DNA from: Pyrinomonadaceae bacterium
GTDB lineage: Bacteria; Acidobacteriota; Blastocatellia; Pyrinomonadales; Pyrinomonadaceae
DNA: 64,000 nucleotides
Direction of reading: 5' to 3'
Assembly (NCBI GenBank): GCA_045403245.1
Contig: JAXIOV010000034.1
Span: 3,942-67,941 of the forward strand
In this document: piece after piece, positions 54,865-63,936 of the stretch
Position numbering within the stretch: position 1 is the first letter of the stretch
Layout: each line of letters opens with the position of its first letter
Notes under the pieces: generated by a model
Database searches by the model: none
Told to the model about the DNA's origin: nothing
Seen by the model: the letters and a program-made list of their open reading frames with translations, nothing else
Made by a program: the position numbers and the translations under genes

Positions 54865-55218
54865 CTAGTCGTGCCGGGTCTTTGACCAGGCTTTGTACAT
54901 TTCCTGATGTCTGCGACGAGCAATTGAGCGATGAGCTGACGGCGACGAGCCGTTGCCAGCGATTGTGCCGAATGCCGGTCGGCGATCGTCAGGTTGAGGC
55001 TCCACCTTCCATCCGCCAATAAAGGCCCAGCGAGCGCTGGCAGGAGGGCCAGGGTCGCGCCTGGCGGTCAGATTATCGATAGTGGAAATCGTCGGGTCAG
55101 CAACTCTCTTGACCGCTATTCTTGAATCCGCCTGTCTTAGTCGCCAAAGAACCAACAGCAAGGCACCGATCAAACTTTCAGTTAAGGTTATTAGTAAGAC
55201 TATTTTCATAACGTTCAA
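54865..55218 (-). CDS. Hypothetical N-terminally anchored protein
   Basis: MKIVLLITLTESLIGALLLVLW is a single helix. The rest is low-complexity, so coding status is uncertain. Confidence 0.3.
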   Translation of the reverse strand: MNVMKIVLLITLTESLIGALLLVLWRLRQADSRIAVKRVADPTISTIDNLTARRDPGPPASARWAFIGGWKVEPQPDDRRPAFGTIAGNGSSPSAHRSIARRRHQEMYKAWSKTRHD

Positions 55219-55241
55219 CGCCCTGGCTCAAGTTTGATCAG

Positions 55242-55631
55242 CTAAACGAAAAAGAGCTGAGGCTTCTTGATCATCAGGACATGTTCACTAAAACTGGTTA
55301 GGGCTTTCGACTCACTGTCGTAAATATCGAAGATTTCAATCAGTTTGGTAGCCGTCATCAAATCACGAAGGCTCTCAGTGACTTGCAGCAGTTTGAGTTC
55401 GCCTCCCTTTTTGTAAAGCGTTACGTGACTGGCAATCAATTCCCCCAGACCGCACGAGTCAACATGAGTAACGCCGGACAGGTTCAGGAGAACCAGAGTT
55501 TTCTCTTCGTTAATGAGCGTGCGAATGGTCTTGTGCAACGCCAATGCGGTCCCGCCAACTCTGACGCGGCCCTTAAGGTCAAGAATCGTGACGTCTCCCA
55601 CGCGGCGTTCATCGATATAAAGGTTAATCAC
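55242..55631 (-). CDS. STAS domain protein (anti-sigma factor antagonist, SpoIIAA/RsbV-like)
   Basis: ILDLKGRV...LVLLNLSGVTHVDSCGLGELI...GGELKLLQVTESLRDLMTATKL has the family layout. GTG start. The usual phospho-Ser position in DS(S/T)GL is Cys. Confidence 0.8.
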   Translation of the reverse strand: MINLYIDERRVGDVTILDLKGRVRVGGTALALHKTIRTLINEEKTLVLLNLSGVTHVDSCGLGELIASHVTLYKKGGELKLLQVTESLRDLMTATKLIEIFDIYDSESKALTSFSEHVLMIKKPQLFFV

Positions 55632-55959
55632 TTGTCGTCCCTCCGAAAGGATCCGGGCAATGCGCGATCTTCACGCAACATCTAGATCGTTGGATGTTTC
55701 CTGGCTGGAAAAACTCGGCGGCCGAGCTGGACTTGACTTTGAAGGTGACTTCTCGTCCGAACATTTTCGGCAGCTTCTCTCTGCGGCTGTTTAGTTCAGT
55801 AGTCTGGGAGATTCCAGAGAAGCTGAGAAGGGAGTGAGCTAAGCTCGATTCACCCTCCACGTTAAGGCAACTTGGCCTATATGTCAAATGTGAAATATAT
55901 TGCGGATAGACAATATTGCGCATATGTGATAAATAGTGGAACGAAGGCAGGAGAAGCAA

Positions 55960-56223
55960 ATGATCGAAGCCCGATTGGATTCAGTGTTGAGAGGGTATGG
56001 CCGCACCTTCTACTGGCTGGCAAAAGAGACCGGTATCAGCCATACGACGCTCTGGCGTTTGAAAAAAGGTAAAGCGCTGGGAATCAACTTCGTTACGCTC
56101 GAGCGGATCTGTTTGGCTCTGAGTTGTCAACCCGGTGACGTGTTGGCGATCAGCAACGGCAAGAGGAATCTGAAAAACGGCAAGACGAGCGGGAAACAGC
56201 ATCGGATCTTGAAGCAGCGTTGA
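55960..56223 (+). CDS. XRE/Cro-type helix-turn-helix regulator
   Basis: FYWLAKETGISHTTLWRLKKGKALGINFVTLERICLALSCQPGDVL is a Cro/C1-type HTH. The ATG at 55960 is preceded by AGGAGA. Confidence 0.75.
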   Translation: MIEARLDSVLRGYGRTFYWLAKETGISHTTLWRLKKGKALGINFVTLERICLALSCQPGDVLAISNGKRNLKNGKTSGKQHRILKQR

Positions 56224-56585
56224 AAACTTTTAACTTTACTTTCCTGGATGCAGGGTCCCAGGTACGCCTGGAGTTGACCAACACCACTCCCGAAACCCTT
56301 CGGTCGGTAGAGATCCTTACCGTCTTTCTCAAAGACGAATTAACGCCGGGGGGCGGCCCTTCCCAGGCCCATATCCGCTTCGAGCCAATCGACTCTGTCA
56401 GGCCTCGAGAGAATGTTCAGCTTGCGCACCAAACGTGGATTCAAGGCAAACCGGCCGGGGCTGGCGATGATCAGGTGGCCCGGCTGAAGACGATTGAGGG
56501 CGAGTCTAAACCTTATGTGCTGGACATTTCGTGGCGAGACCCTGAAGGCCGGACGTGCTTCCAGCGAATACCCGTCGGACACTGA
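56220..56585 (+). CDS. Hypothetical protein coupled to the XRE gene
   Basis: The TTG start overlaps the XRE stop (TTGA). 121 aa, beta-rich by composition; no family recognised. Confidence 0.45.
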   Translation: MKTFNFTFLDAGSQVRLELTNTTPETLRSVEILTVFLKDELTPGGGPSQAHIRFEPIDSVRPRENVQLAHQTWIQGKPAGAGDDQVARLKTIEGESKPYVLDISWRDPEGRTCFQRIPVGH

Positions 56586-56630
56586 CTTCTGCCCCCCCTT
56601 GATAACTTCCAATCACTGAAAGAATCGAGA

Positions 56631-56951
56631 ATGAAAATCTGCGAATTCTGCTTTCACTTCGGCCAGGATGGCTCGTGCGGACTTGGCCTGAAGATACCTA
56701 ACGGTCTGTCCTGCCGCGAGTTTGGTCCGACGCTGGAGAAGTTTTGCGCCGATTCAAAAGACTTTGTGAATCAAAAACAGATTGTGGAGATGGCTACTTT
56801 CTTCGGGATAAAAGGCTCGGAGTTGAAAAAGGTGAAGCTGATGGCTGCTCAGGCAGAAACCGGCCCGGTCCAGGCTCCTGAGAGCCCGGGGGCGGAAACG
56901 CCGTCTGCGGCTCATCATTCCCCGTATGCCTCGTTTAGTTTGCGAAAGTGA
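56631..56951 (+). CDS. Hypothetical protein with an N-terminal four-Cys cluster
   Basis: [28 protein letters not shown] contains CxxC-x7-C-x11-C. The P/A-rich tail overlaps the 3' end of the convergent radical SAM gene by 37 nt. Confidence 0.45.
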   Translation: MKICEFCFHFGQDGSCGLGLKIPNGLSCREFGPTLEKFCADSKDFVNQKQIVEMATFFGIKGSELKKVKLMAAQAETGPVQAPESPGAETPSAAHHSPYASFSLRK

Positions 56952-58396
56952 TATCCAAGCGCTGCCAGTCGCATTGCTTCAACAAACCTGACGCGATGCG
57001 TGGTAACTGTGCGAATGAAAAATCGCCAAAATTCCTTCCGTTCCCGATCGACTACTCCAAGTTTGAGCGTGAGACGCGTGAAAGCAGTAGCGCTCGTAAT
57101 CAGACCGTAGCTCAATGGTTCAGAAACCACCTGCGGAGTCCGCCTCAATGAGTCGAGCGCGCGCTGGTAATATTCGCGGGGGCTGTAGATCGTCCGCATT
57201 ATCCTCTTATAGCCCTCAATCAAGCGCTCCGGATCCATCTTGGGAATAAAGTTTAGCGAGCAATTGGTGTTGTTTCCCTCAGTCTGTTTTAGCAGGCGTC
57301 CTTCCTTTTTCAGCCGTCGCCAGAGTTGGGTGTCAGGAAGTGCCAACAGCAGTCCAACCATGGCCAGGGGAATCGCGCTCTCGCGAATAAAACTTATCTG
57401 TCGCTCGAAAATATCATCCGGATCGTTGTCAAACCCGACAATAAACCCGGCCATCACTTCCATTCCGTAGCTCTGGATCTTCTTTACTGACGCCAGCAGG
57501 TTTCCGCGGTTTTGCGGTTTCTGAGCTTCAATCAGACTCTCTTCGACGGGAGTCTCGATCCCGAGGAACACTTTGCGAAAACCTGCGCGACGCATCTCAC
57601 TCAACAAGTTGTCATCGTCGGCTAAATTTAAGCTGGCCTCGGTCAAAAGTGAAAATGGGTGACCATGCTTTTCCTGCCAGTCAGCCAATTCGGGCATCAG
57701 CTTCCTGACGTTCTTCTTGTTGCCGATGAAGTTGTCGTCGACGATGAAGACAGTGCCTCGCCAACCAAGTTTTCGCAGCTCATCAAGTTCACCGATCACC
57801 TGTTGATTACTCTTCGTCCGCGGCACCCGTCCATAGATTTCGATGATGTCGCAAAACTCACAATTGAAAGGACAGCCGCGGGAATACTGCACCGACATAG
57901 CGCTGTAATCATTCAGGTTGGCGATCTTGAAGTCAGCCATCGGAGTCAGTGACAGCGGCGGGCGCTCGACAGCTTGATAAGTTCGCTTCGGTTCCCCACG
58001 TTCCAGATCTTCAATGAACTGCGGCAGCGTAGTTTCCGCTTCGCCAATGAAGATGTGATCGGCGTCGGGCAAGCCTTCTACGCTGGTGGTTATGTATGGC
58101 CCGCCGAGGACCACGCGCTTCCCCAGCGCTTTGCACTGTCGCACCGCTTCATGAAGCGAGTCTTTCTGCACCAGCATGCCGGTGACGAAAACCATGTCTG
58201 CCCACTTGATGTCAGATGACTTCAACGGGCGGACATTCAAGTCAACGAGGCGGCGTTCCCAGGATTCCGGCAACAACGCTGAGACTGTCATCAGGCCAAG
58301 TGGCGGAAAAGCGCAACGCTTTCGCTCAAAGGGAAGCGCGTGCCGAAAACTCCAATACGTGTCGGGGAATTCCGGGTTAACCAGCAGGACCTTCAT
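56915..58396 (-). CDS. B12-binding domain radical SAM protein (with a DUF4070-like C-terminus)
   Basis: [17 protein letters not shown]...[13 protein letters not shown] is the cobalamin-binding N-domain, and [14 protein letters not shown] is the CxxxCxxC cluster. The ATG at 58396 is preceded by GGAGGAG. Confidence 0.9.
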   Translation of the reverse strand: MKVLLVNPEFPDTYWSFRHALPFERKRCAFPPLGLMTVSALLPESWERRLVDLNVRPLKSSDIKWADMVFVTGMLVQKDSLHEAVRQCKALGKRVVLGGPYITTSVEGLPDADHIFIGEAETTLPQFIEDLERGEPKRTYQAVERPPLSLTPMADFKIANLNDYSAMSVQYSRGCPFNCEFCDIIEIYGRVPRTKSNQQVIGELDELRKLGWRGTVFIVDDNFIGNKKNVRKLMPELADWQEKHGHPFSLLTEASLNLADDDNLLSEMRRAGFRKVFLGIETPVEESLIEAQKPQNRGNLLASVKKIQSYGMEVMAGFIVGFDNDPDDIFERQISFIRESAIPLAMVGLLLALPDTQLWRRLKKEGRLLKQTEGNNTNCSLNFIPKMDPERLIEGYKRIMRTIYSPREYYQRALDSLRRTPQVVSEPLSYGLITSATAFTRLTLKLGVVDRERKEFWRFFIRTVTTHRVRFVEAMRLAALGYHFRKLNEAYGE

Positions 58397-58660
58397 GTTT
58401 CTATACTCCTCCGCGACATCCAGGTGGCGTCGACGCGTCGATTGTGTTGGGAGAGAGATTGTGTCAGGTTCCATTGTAGTATCACGGGTGAGTCCCCTGA
58501 GTAATAGTTACGTAAAAACTTCCTGCGGCTGCGAACCCCCAAAAATCGGACGGTAAGAACATAGAAATTACACAATTCTCCTGTCTAATAGCCGGCTCAG
58601 AGTCTGGCTATCCCTTCGTGCCTGAGGGATAGGTTTCCACGAACCCCCTTTTCGCTTGAG

Positions 58661-60700
58661 TTGAGCGAGTCCTTCTCGCAGTTTTCGACGGAGGCTGCCT
58701 TGATCAAAGCACAAAACAAACGCCAGCCTGGCGACGTGGTTCAACTCAACTCCGCTGACGTGGGCAACTGGAACTTCGCGCCTCGGTCCGACTGGTCTGA
58801 GATGAGCGACACGGAGCACTTCGTGCAGTTTTATGAAGCCGACGGCTTTCTGCTGAACTCGCTGAAGGGCTTCATCGGCACCGCCATAAAGGCGGGCGAT
58901 GGCGCGCTGGTGGTAGCCACGCCAGCGCATCGTGAGAGCCTTGACGAACTACTGCTGGCAAACGGTGTCAACGTGACTACGGCGAAGGCGTCTGGTCAAT
59001 ATGTTTCGCTTGATGCAGCGACGACGCTTTCGCAGTTTATGATTGAGGGCATGCCTGAGCCGGATCGCTTGAATAACGTTATGTCGAGCGTGATTTCCAG
59101 TCTTTCCGATGGTCGCTCACGCCTTCGCGCCTTCGGTGAAATGGTTGCGCTACTCTGGACGCAGGGTAATTACAAAGCCGCCATCCGGCTCGAGGAGCTC
59201 TGGAACGAGCTGCAGCAGACCCACTCATTTTCGCTTTTCTGTGCATATCCGATGACTGGCTTTGCCGGGCAGCAGTTTGTCGAACCGCACGACGCCGTTT
59301 GCGCCACGCACTCTCGCGTTCTCCCTGCCGAGACCTATGCCGGTTTCGCAAATCCGGATGAACGTCTCCGCGCCATTGCCCGACTGCAACAGCAGGCCCG
59401 ATCGCTTCAAGCAGAAATCAGTGAAAGGCAGGCGGTTGAGGAGCGCCTCAAACAGGCCCTCGTGGGTGAAAAGATAGCCCGCGCCGAAGCTGAGGCCGCA
59501 AACCGCATGAAGGACGAGTTTCTCGCAACTGTTTCTCATGAACTTCGCACTCCACTAAATGCGATCATGGGTTGGACGCATCTGTTGAGGAGCGGCCGGC
59601 TCGATGAACCGACCGCCGTGCGGGCGGTGGAAACCATCGATCGCAACGCCAAATCGCAGGCGCAGTTGATCGAAGATATTCTCGACGTGTCCCGAGTCAT
59701 CACCGGCAAGTTGCGGCTCAAGAACGAGCCGGTTGATCTGGCCGCGGTCATTAACTCTGCCGTCGATTCGGTACAGTTGGCCGCCGACTCGAAGAACATC
59801 CAACTTGAAATAATGCTTGACCCGTCTGTGCGCCACACGGTTGGCGATTCCAGTCGGCTCCAGCAGGTGGTTTGGAACCTTTTGGCAAACGCCATCAAGT
59901 TTTCTCATTCCAACGGCCGGATTGAGGTCAAGGTGCAGCGGGCCGGCAGTGATGTCTGCATTCGGGTGAGCGACACGGGTCAAGGCATCAGCCCGGAATT
60001 CCTTCCCTACATTTTTGATCGTTTTCGACAGGCCGACGGCACCACCACCCGCGCACACGGCGGGCTCGGACTAGGCCTGGCGATCGTGCGTCACCTGGTT
60101 GAACTTCATGGCGGTCGCATTGCTGCGGAAAGTGAAGGAGAGGGTCGAGGCGCGACTTTTACCATCAACTTGCCGCTGGTTACGCTGGATCGTTCGGCCG
60201 GTTCCAGGACCATCGGAGCCGAATTGTCCGTAGCTCCGGAACCTGATTTGCCGTTGGCATCGCTGGCCGGAGTGCGTGTGCTGTTGGTCGATGACGATGT
60301 CGACACGCTTCAGATGTTGAAAGTCACACTTGAAGAGTCGAAGGCGACGGTTCAGAGCGCAGCTTCGGTGGGCGAGGCACTGGAGATCATTGAGTGGTTC
60401 GCACCCACCGTGCTGGTTTCAGATCTGGCGATGCCGGGCCAGGATGGATACTCGCTGATCGGAAAGATTCGAGGACTGGAGACAGGAGATGCAATCGACT
60501 CGCCAAACCACCCGAACGAAAAGTTAGCGAACATCTTGCGTGGCAAGCACCTTCCGGCCGTTGCCTTGACGTCTTACGTTCGAATTGAGGATCGCACCCG
60601 CGCCTTGTCTGCCGGCTTCAACGTGTTTGTCCCAAAACCTGTCCAGCCCGACGAGCTAATCAACGCCATCGCCAATCTGGCGGAAGAGCCCGTCATCTAA
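58661..60700 (+). CDS. Hybrid sensor histidine kinase/response regulator with an N-terminal MEDS domain
   Basis: EHFVQFYEADGFLLNSL... is MEDS-like, followed by a coiled coil, H box VSHELRTPLNAIMGW, an ATPase domain (GGLGLGLAIV) and a receiver (VLLVDDDVD...DLAMPGQDG...KP). The start is TTG 58661 or ATG 58802. Confidence 0.85.
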   Translation: MSESFSQFSTEAALIKAQNKRQPGDVVQLNSADVGNWNFAPRSDWSEMSDTEHFVQFYEADGFLLNSLKGFIGTAIKAGDGALVVATPAHRESLDELLLANGVNVTTAKASGQYVSLDAATTLSQFMIEGMPEPDRLNNVMSSVISSLSDGRSRLRAFGEMVALLWTQGNYKAAIRLEELWNELQQTHSFSLFCAYPMTGFAGQQFVEPHDAVCATHSRVLPAETYAGFANPDERLRAIARLQQQARSLQAEISERQAVEERLKQALVGEKIARAEAEAANRMKDEFLATVSHELRTPLNAIMGWTHLLRSGRLDEPTAVRAVETIDRNAKSQAQLIEDILDVSRVITGKLRLKNEPVDLAAVINSAVDSVQLAADSKNIQLEIMLDPSVRHTVGDSSRLQQVVWNLLANAIKFSHSNGRIEVKVQRAGSDVCIRVSDTGQGISPEFLPYIFDRFRQADGTTTRAHGGLGLGLAIVRHLVELHGGRIAAESEGEGRGATFTINLPLVTLDRSAGSRTIGAELSVAPEPDLPLASLAGVRVLLVDDDVDTLQMLKVTLEESKATVQSAASVGEALEIIEWFAPTVLVSDLAMPGQDGYSLIGKIRGLETGDAIDSPNHPNEKLANILRGKHLPAVALTSYVRIEDRTRALSAGFNVFVPKPVQPDELINAIANLAEEPVI

Positions 60701-60724
60701 CCCATTGTTCTGCTGAATGATTCC

Positions 60725-60749
60725 CTGAATCTGCGTAATCTGCGGACAG
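60725..60749. repeat. AATCTGCGGA-type short dispersed repeat, single copy
   Basis: ctgaatctgcgtaatctgcggacag, between convergent stop codons. Confidence 0.6.
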
Positions 60750-60754
60750 CGTGT

Positions 60755-61327
60755 TTACTTCTCCGCAACAAACTTCAGCGCGACGCCATTCATGCAATAA
60801 CGCAATCCGGTCGGTTTTGGTCCATCATCGAAAACGTGTCCCAGATGAGCATCGCATCTCGCGCAGACTACTTCGGTTCTGGTCATCCACAGGCTGCTGT
60901 CGACTTCCTCGTGCACGTTCTGTTTAACGATCGGCTCGAAGAAACTTGGCCACCCGGTGCCGGAATCAAACTTCGCCTTCGAACTAAACAAAGGCAGCCC
61001 ACAAGAGACGCATGCAAATGTGCCCTCTTCGTGAAGGTCGTTTAACGGACTCGAAAAAGGCCGTTCAGTTCCCTCTTCGCGCGTCACCGTGTATTGATCA
61101 GCGGTTAGAATTTGTTTCCACTCTTCGTTTGTCTTGCTTACCTTGGTCGTCACTTTTTCGACTCCCTTATTCGTTGCGTCTACCTTATCGCCGGCTCCCG
61201 GCGCTCGACGATCGTTCCGGCGTTTCTTGTCGTCCTGGGTGAGCAGCGTCGACGCCAAAGGCAGTCTCGACAATCCCACTACCGCGCCCACCGCGCCAGC
61301 CGACAAAAGAAAGTAACGTCTATTCAT
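60755..61327 (-). CDS. msrB: Peptide-methionine (R)-S-oxide reductase MsrB with a Tat-type signal peptide
   Basis: MNRRYFLLSAGAVGAVVGLS has the twin-arginine motif. CVSCGLPLF...GWPSF...CARCDAHLGHVFDDGP..TGLRYCMN is the MsrB core. Confidence 0.9.
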   Translation of the reverse strand: MNRRYFLLSAGAVGAVVGLSRLPLASTLLTQDDKKRRNDRRAPGAGDKVDATNKGVEKVTTKVSKTNEEWKQILTADQYTVTREEGTERPFSSPLNDLHEEGTFACVSCGLPLFSSKAKFDSGTGWPSFFEPIVKQNVHEEVDSSLWMTRTEVVCARCDAHLGHVFDDGPKPTGLRYCMNGVALKFVAEK

Positions 61328-61540
61328 GACCTTGCCTCACAACTTCGCTATTAGTTTACTCGATGTAAATACGCAACGAATACTCCGCTTGGATTTCCTT
61401 CAGAGCATAAGGCCAATTTCTTCACCGTTTCCAGGGGCGTCGTGCTTCGCTTCGCTGCGCACTTGCCTCTCGCTATCACATCCCGCGCCTTCGGCGTTCC
61501 AAACTATCCGACACATCCGCCGTTGCACTTCCAAGTTGGA

Positions 61541-61568
61541 ATCCGCGGACGCCAAAATCTGCGGATAG
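61541..61568. repeat. ATCCGCGGA / AATCTGCGGAT short dispersed repeat, double copy
   Basis: atccgcggacgccaaaatctgcggatag, in the msrB/marC divergent spacer. Confidence 0.55.
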
Positions 61569-61655
61569 TCGTGTGGCTGTTGCCCTCGCGGCGATCATGG
61601 CCTTATTGTCTTCCCGCAACTAAGCTCTGCTAAATCACTCTTTCACATCTGACAC

Positions 61656-62297
61656 GTGGATCCGGACTTGATCAAATTTGCGCTCGCTGCTTTTGTCACC
61701 TTGCTGGTGGTGGTAGATCCGCCTGGCGTCGTGCCGATGTTTGTCGCTCTTACCAAAAGCGAGACACCCCAGCATCGCCGCGCGATCCTAATCCGCGCCG
61801 TTCTGATCGCCTTTGGCGCTGCTCTCTTTTTCCTGATTGCCGGCCGCGCGGTTTTATCCTACCTGGGGGTCACGGTCCACGCCTTTTCAATTTCCGGCGG
61901 CATCCTGCTCTTCGTGGCGGCGATGCCGATGTTGTTTGGCGAGCGGGGCGGCTTGCGATCCCCGGGGCCTAAGGAATTAGAAGCGGGACACGACGTGGCA
62001 GTCTTCCCACTGGCCATGCCCTTACTCACCGGACCAGGCACGATTGCGACAATTCTGCTTCTCACTTCACAGGCCGGTAGCAGTGTTCAAGCGCTGATCG
62101 CAATCGGCGCGGCGATCGCCATGGTTTTTCTGGTTGCATTCGTGACGCTCTATTTGGGCGCGCGCGTGATTAGGGTTATCGGTGAAGGCGGAGTCGATAT
62201 CGCCACCCGGGTGATGGGCATTGTCCTCGCCGCGCTCGCCGTTCAATATGTCCTCAATGGCATCACCGGGTATTATCACTTACTTCTGGGGCGGTAA
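61656..62297 (+). CDS. MarC family (UPF0056/NAAT) membrane protein
   Basis: FALAAFVTLLVVVDPPGVVPMFVALT is the N-terminal signature. Six helices, GTG start. Confidence 0.85.
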   Translation: MDPDLIKFALAAFVTLLVVVDPPGVVPMFVALTKSETPQHRRAILIRAVLIAFGAALFFLIAGRAVLSYLGVTVHAFSISGGILLFVAAMPMLFGERGGLRSPGPKELEAGHDVAVFPLAMPLLTGPGTIATILLLTSQAGSSVQALIAIGAAIAMVFLVAFVTLYLGARVIRVIGEGGVDIATRVMGIVLAALAVQYVLNGITGYYHLLLGR

Positions 62298-62383
62298 AGT
62301 CGGGAACGCTAAACGTGAACGAAGAGTATGCAGACCCTTGGCCGGTAGTCCCGGAACGCATTAACCCGCGGAGAATGGTTAGA

Positions 62384-62977
62384 CTAAGAGGCCTTGCTCC
62401 CCGTAATCCTGGCGATGGCCTCCAGTGCGCCCGCCCGCTTACCAGGACTCCTTATGGATCTTGCAACGTCCTTGGCTTTGTCTTCCTCACCTAGTACGGC
62501 TAGCCGCTCTGAGATCTCTCTCAAGACGCTTGAAGAGTCTACGCTTCGTTGCACGTCGCTGCTGTTCTCACCGAGTCGAGCGAAAGATATAGCTTGATCC
62601 CACAGATTTCGAGCGTGGTCCGGTACATCCACTTCCGTTAGCAATTGTGCTATCTGGCACAGGAGCTCGGCCTTTTGCCATGCTTCATCAACGTCAGAAA
62701 GGGCGAGCTCAGCTTCGGATAGCACGGATAGTGACTCGTCCCGTCGACCAGCCGACGCTAATTGCACTGATATTTCGTAAAGAGCTGTCGCCTTGTCAAA
62801 GTTGCAGGTAATAGCCAGGGCCGCCTTCCTAACTGCGTCCCATTGCTTTGCTGCCCCTAAAGCCCTAGCGGCACCCAGCAGAGCGAGATCTCGATCCTCG
62901 GGATCACTAATCGACATTGCTAACGAGAATACCTCCTCCTGGCCTCTGACCAGTTCGGACTGACTTTGCTTTAGCAA
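62384..62977 (-). CDS. All-helical repeat protein of unknown function (last gene of a small-ORF array)
   Basis: 197 aa with recurring A/L-rich helix pairs (DRDLALLGAARALGAAKQWDAVRKAALAI ...). It starts 10 nt after the upstream ORF. Confidence 0.5.
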   Translation of the reverse strand: MLKQSQSELVRGQEEVFSLAMSISDPEDRDLALLGAARALGAAKQWDAVRKAALAITCNFDKATALYEISVQLASAGRRDESLSVLSEAELALSDVDEAWQKAELLCQIAQLLTEVDVPDHARNLWDQAISFARLGENSSDVQRSVDSSSVLREISERLAVLGEEDKAKDVARSIRSPGKRAGALEAIARITGSKAS

Positions 62978-62987
62978 GGCGTCTCCA

Positions 62988-63335
62988 TCAGGAGCCCTCG
63001 GGCCGCCCCTTACAAAGGATGCCGATTATGTCTGTAACATCAGAATCGGTGAAAACAACCAGCCATCGGCCATCAGCCTGAATGTCATGGATTGCGACAG
63101 AGTCTCTGGTCTCACGCTCCAGCCGTGGAATCAAGTCATCGAACCCGATTATGTCTCCTGCCTGCTCAGCATTCCAGCTAGCCCGTCGGTAATAAATATC
63201 TCGAGTATTCTTCAAGGGAATCTCTATAGATGTAACCGTGGGCCGGTTAATATCTAAAATTTCCCTACAACTCTGCGGCAGCCGATCAGGATCCTTGCTG
63301 ATCAAAGACCTGATTTGTTTGATTATCGGATTCAA
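62988..63335 (-). CDS. Hypothetical small protein (immunity-like by position)
   Basis: 115 aa. The TTG start overlaps the upstream stop (TTGA). Confidence 0.45.
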   Translation of the reverse strand: MNPIIKQIRSLISKDPDRLPQSCREILDINRPTVTSIEIPLKNTRDIYYRRASWNAEQAGDIIGFDDLIPRLERETRDSVAIHDIQADGRWLVVFTDSDVTDIIGILCKGRPEGS

Positions 63336-63634
63336 GGCAATACCCTCACTGTTGCTCCGGTTACCGGACCAATTACCAAGATCTCATGCTCGGAGTACCT
63401 GTCTGGCGATGGAACGACTTGTCTTATGTTGAAATTCTTAAAGTGCACTACACCGCCGGGTCCTCCAATACTCGCAAACCGTGCTGCAACCGCCGGATTA
63501 GTTGTCCAAGAGGTAAAGATGCTGCTTGTGTTGCCCTCATTATGAGCAGTCGGATTGTTGTGACCGATCATTTTCACGCTGACTTTGCTTGAGTAGGTTT
63601 CTGTCGGCTTCTGAAGGCGCGGACAGGTTCTCAT
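63332..63634 (-). CDS. Hypothetical small protein with an ADP-ribosyltransferase-like motif spacing (very tentative)
   Basis: 100 aa. The ATG overlaps the upstream stop (ATGA). PRL ... FTSWT ... EHEILV have an order and spacing reminiscent of the R / S-T-S / E-x-E motifs. Confidence 0.45.
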   Translation of the reverse strand: MRTCPRLQKPTETYSSKVSVKMIGHNNPTAHNEGNTSSIFTSWTTNPAVAARFASIGGPGGVVHFKNFNIRQVVPSPDRYSEHEILVIGPVTGATVRVLP

Positions 63635-63936
63635 CTCAGTAACTGCAATATTACCTCTCCGTCAATAAAACTTCTTCGCGTCTCGTCAAACCTGACCTGA
63701 TCGATCGGTATCCTACCCAGCAACCGAATCGACTTTTCGATTAGCCGATCCCAGGAGCCCGAAAGCGCCTCATCATCGAGTGGGGGCATCGAATAGACGT
63801 CGTACTCGTTACCATAATCCTCGATTTTCTCATCGAACTTACAATCAAACAAAAACGAAGATCCTTCAAACGAAACCAAAAAGATTCTAGGATAATCCCA
63901 GAAGTCTCGGTATTGCCTGAGATACGCTTCTCTCAT
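63631..63936 (-). CDS. Hypothetical small acidic protein (immunity-like by position)
   Basis: 101 aa. GAGGAGA lies 4 nt upstream of the ATG, which overlaps a TGA of a frame that stays open to the window edge. Confidence 0.45.
   Translation of the reverse strand: MREAYLRQYRDFWDYPRIFLVSFEGSSFLFDCKFDEKIEDYGNEYDVYSMPPLDDEALSGSWDRLIEKSIRLLGRIPIDQVRFDETRRSFIDGEVILQLLR

Noticed and set aside
54774-55019. 81-aa minus-strand ORF between the small membrane-protein genes.
   Set aside because: It overlaps the 54865-55218 ORF in another frame, is Arg-rich, and has no start context. At most one of the two can be real, and neither is well supported.
58568-58930. 120-aa minus-strand ORF at the start of the hybrid kinase gene.
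   Set aside because: It is antisense to the MEDS domain coding region and has no family resemblance. It is kept only as a reason why the kinase start (58661 versus 58802) remains uncertain.
59555-60058. 167-aa and 120-aa minus-strand ORFs inside the hybrid kinase gene.
   Set aside because: They are antisense to conserved HisKA/HATPase coding sequence.
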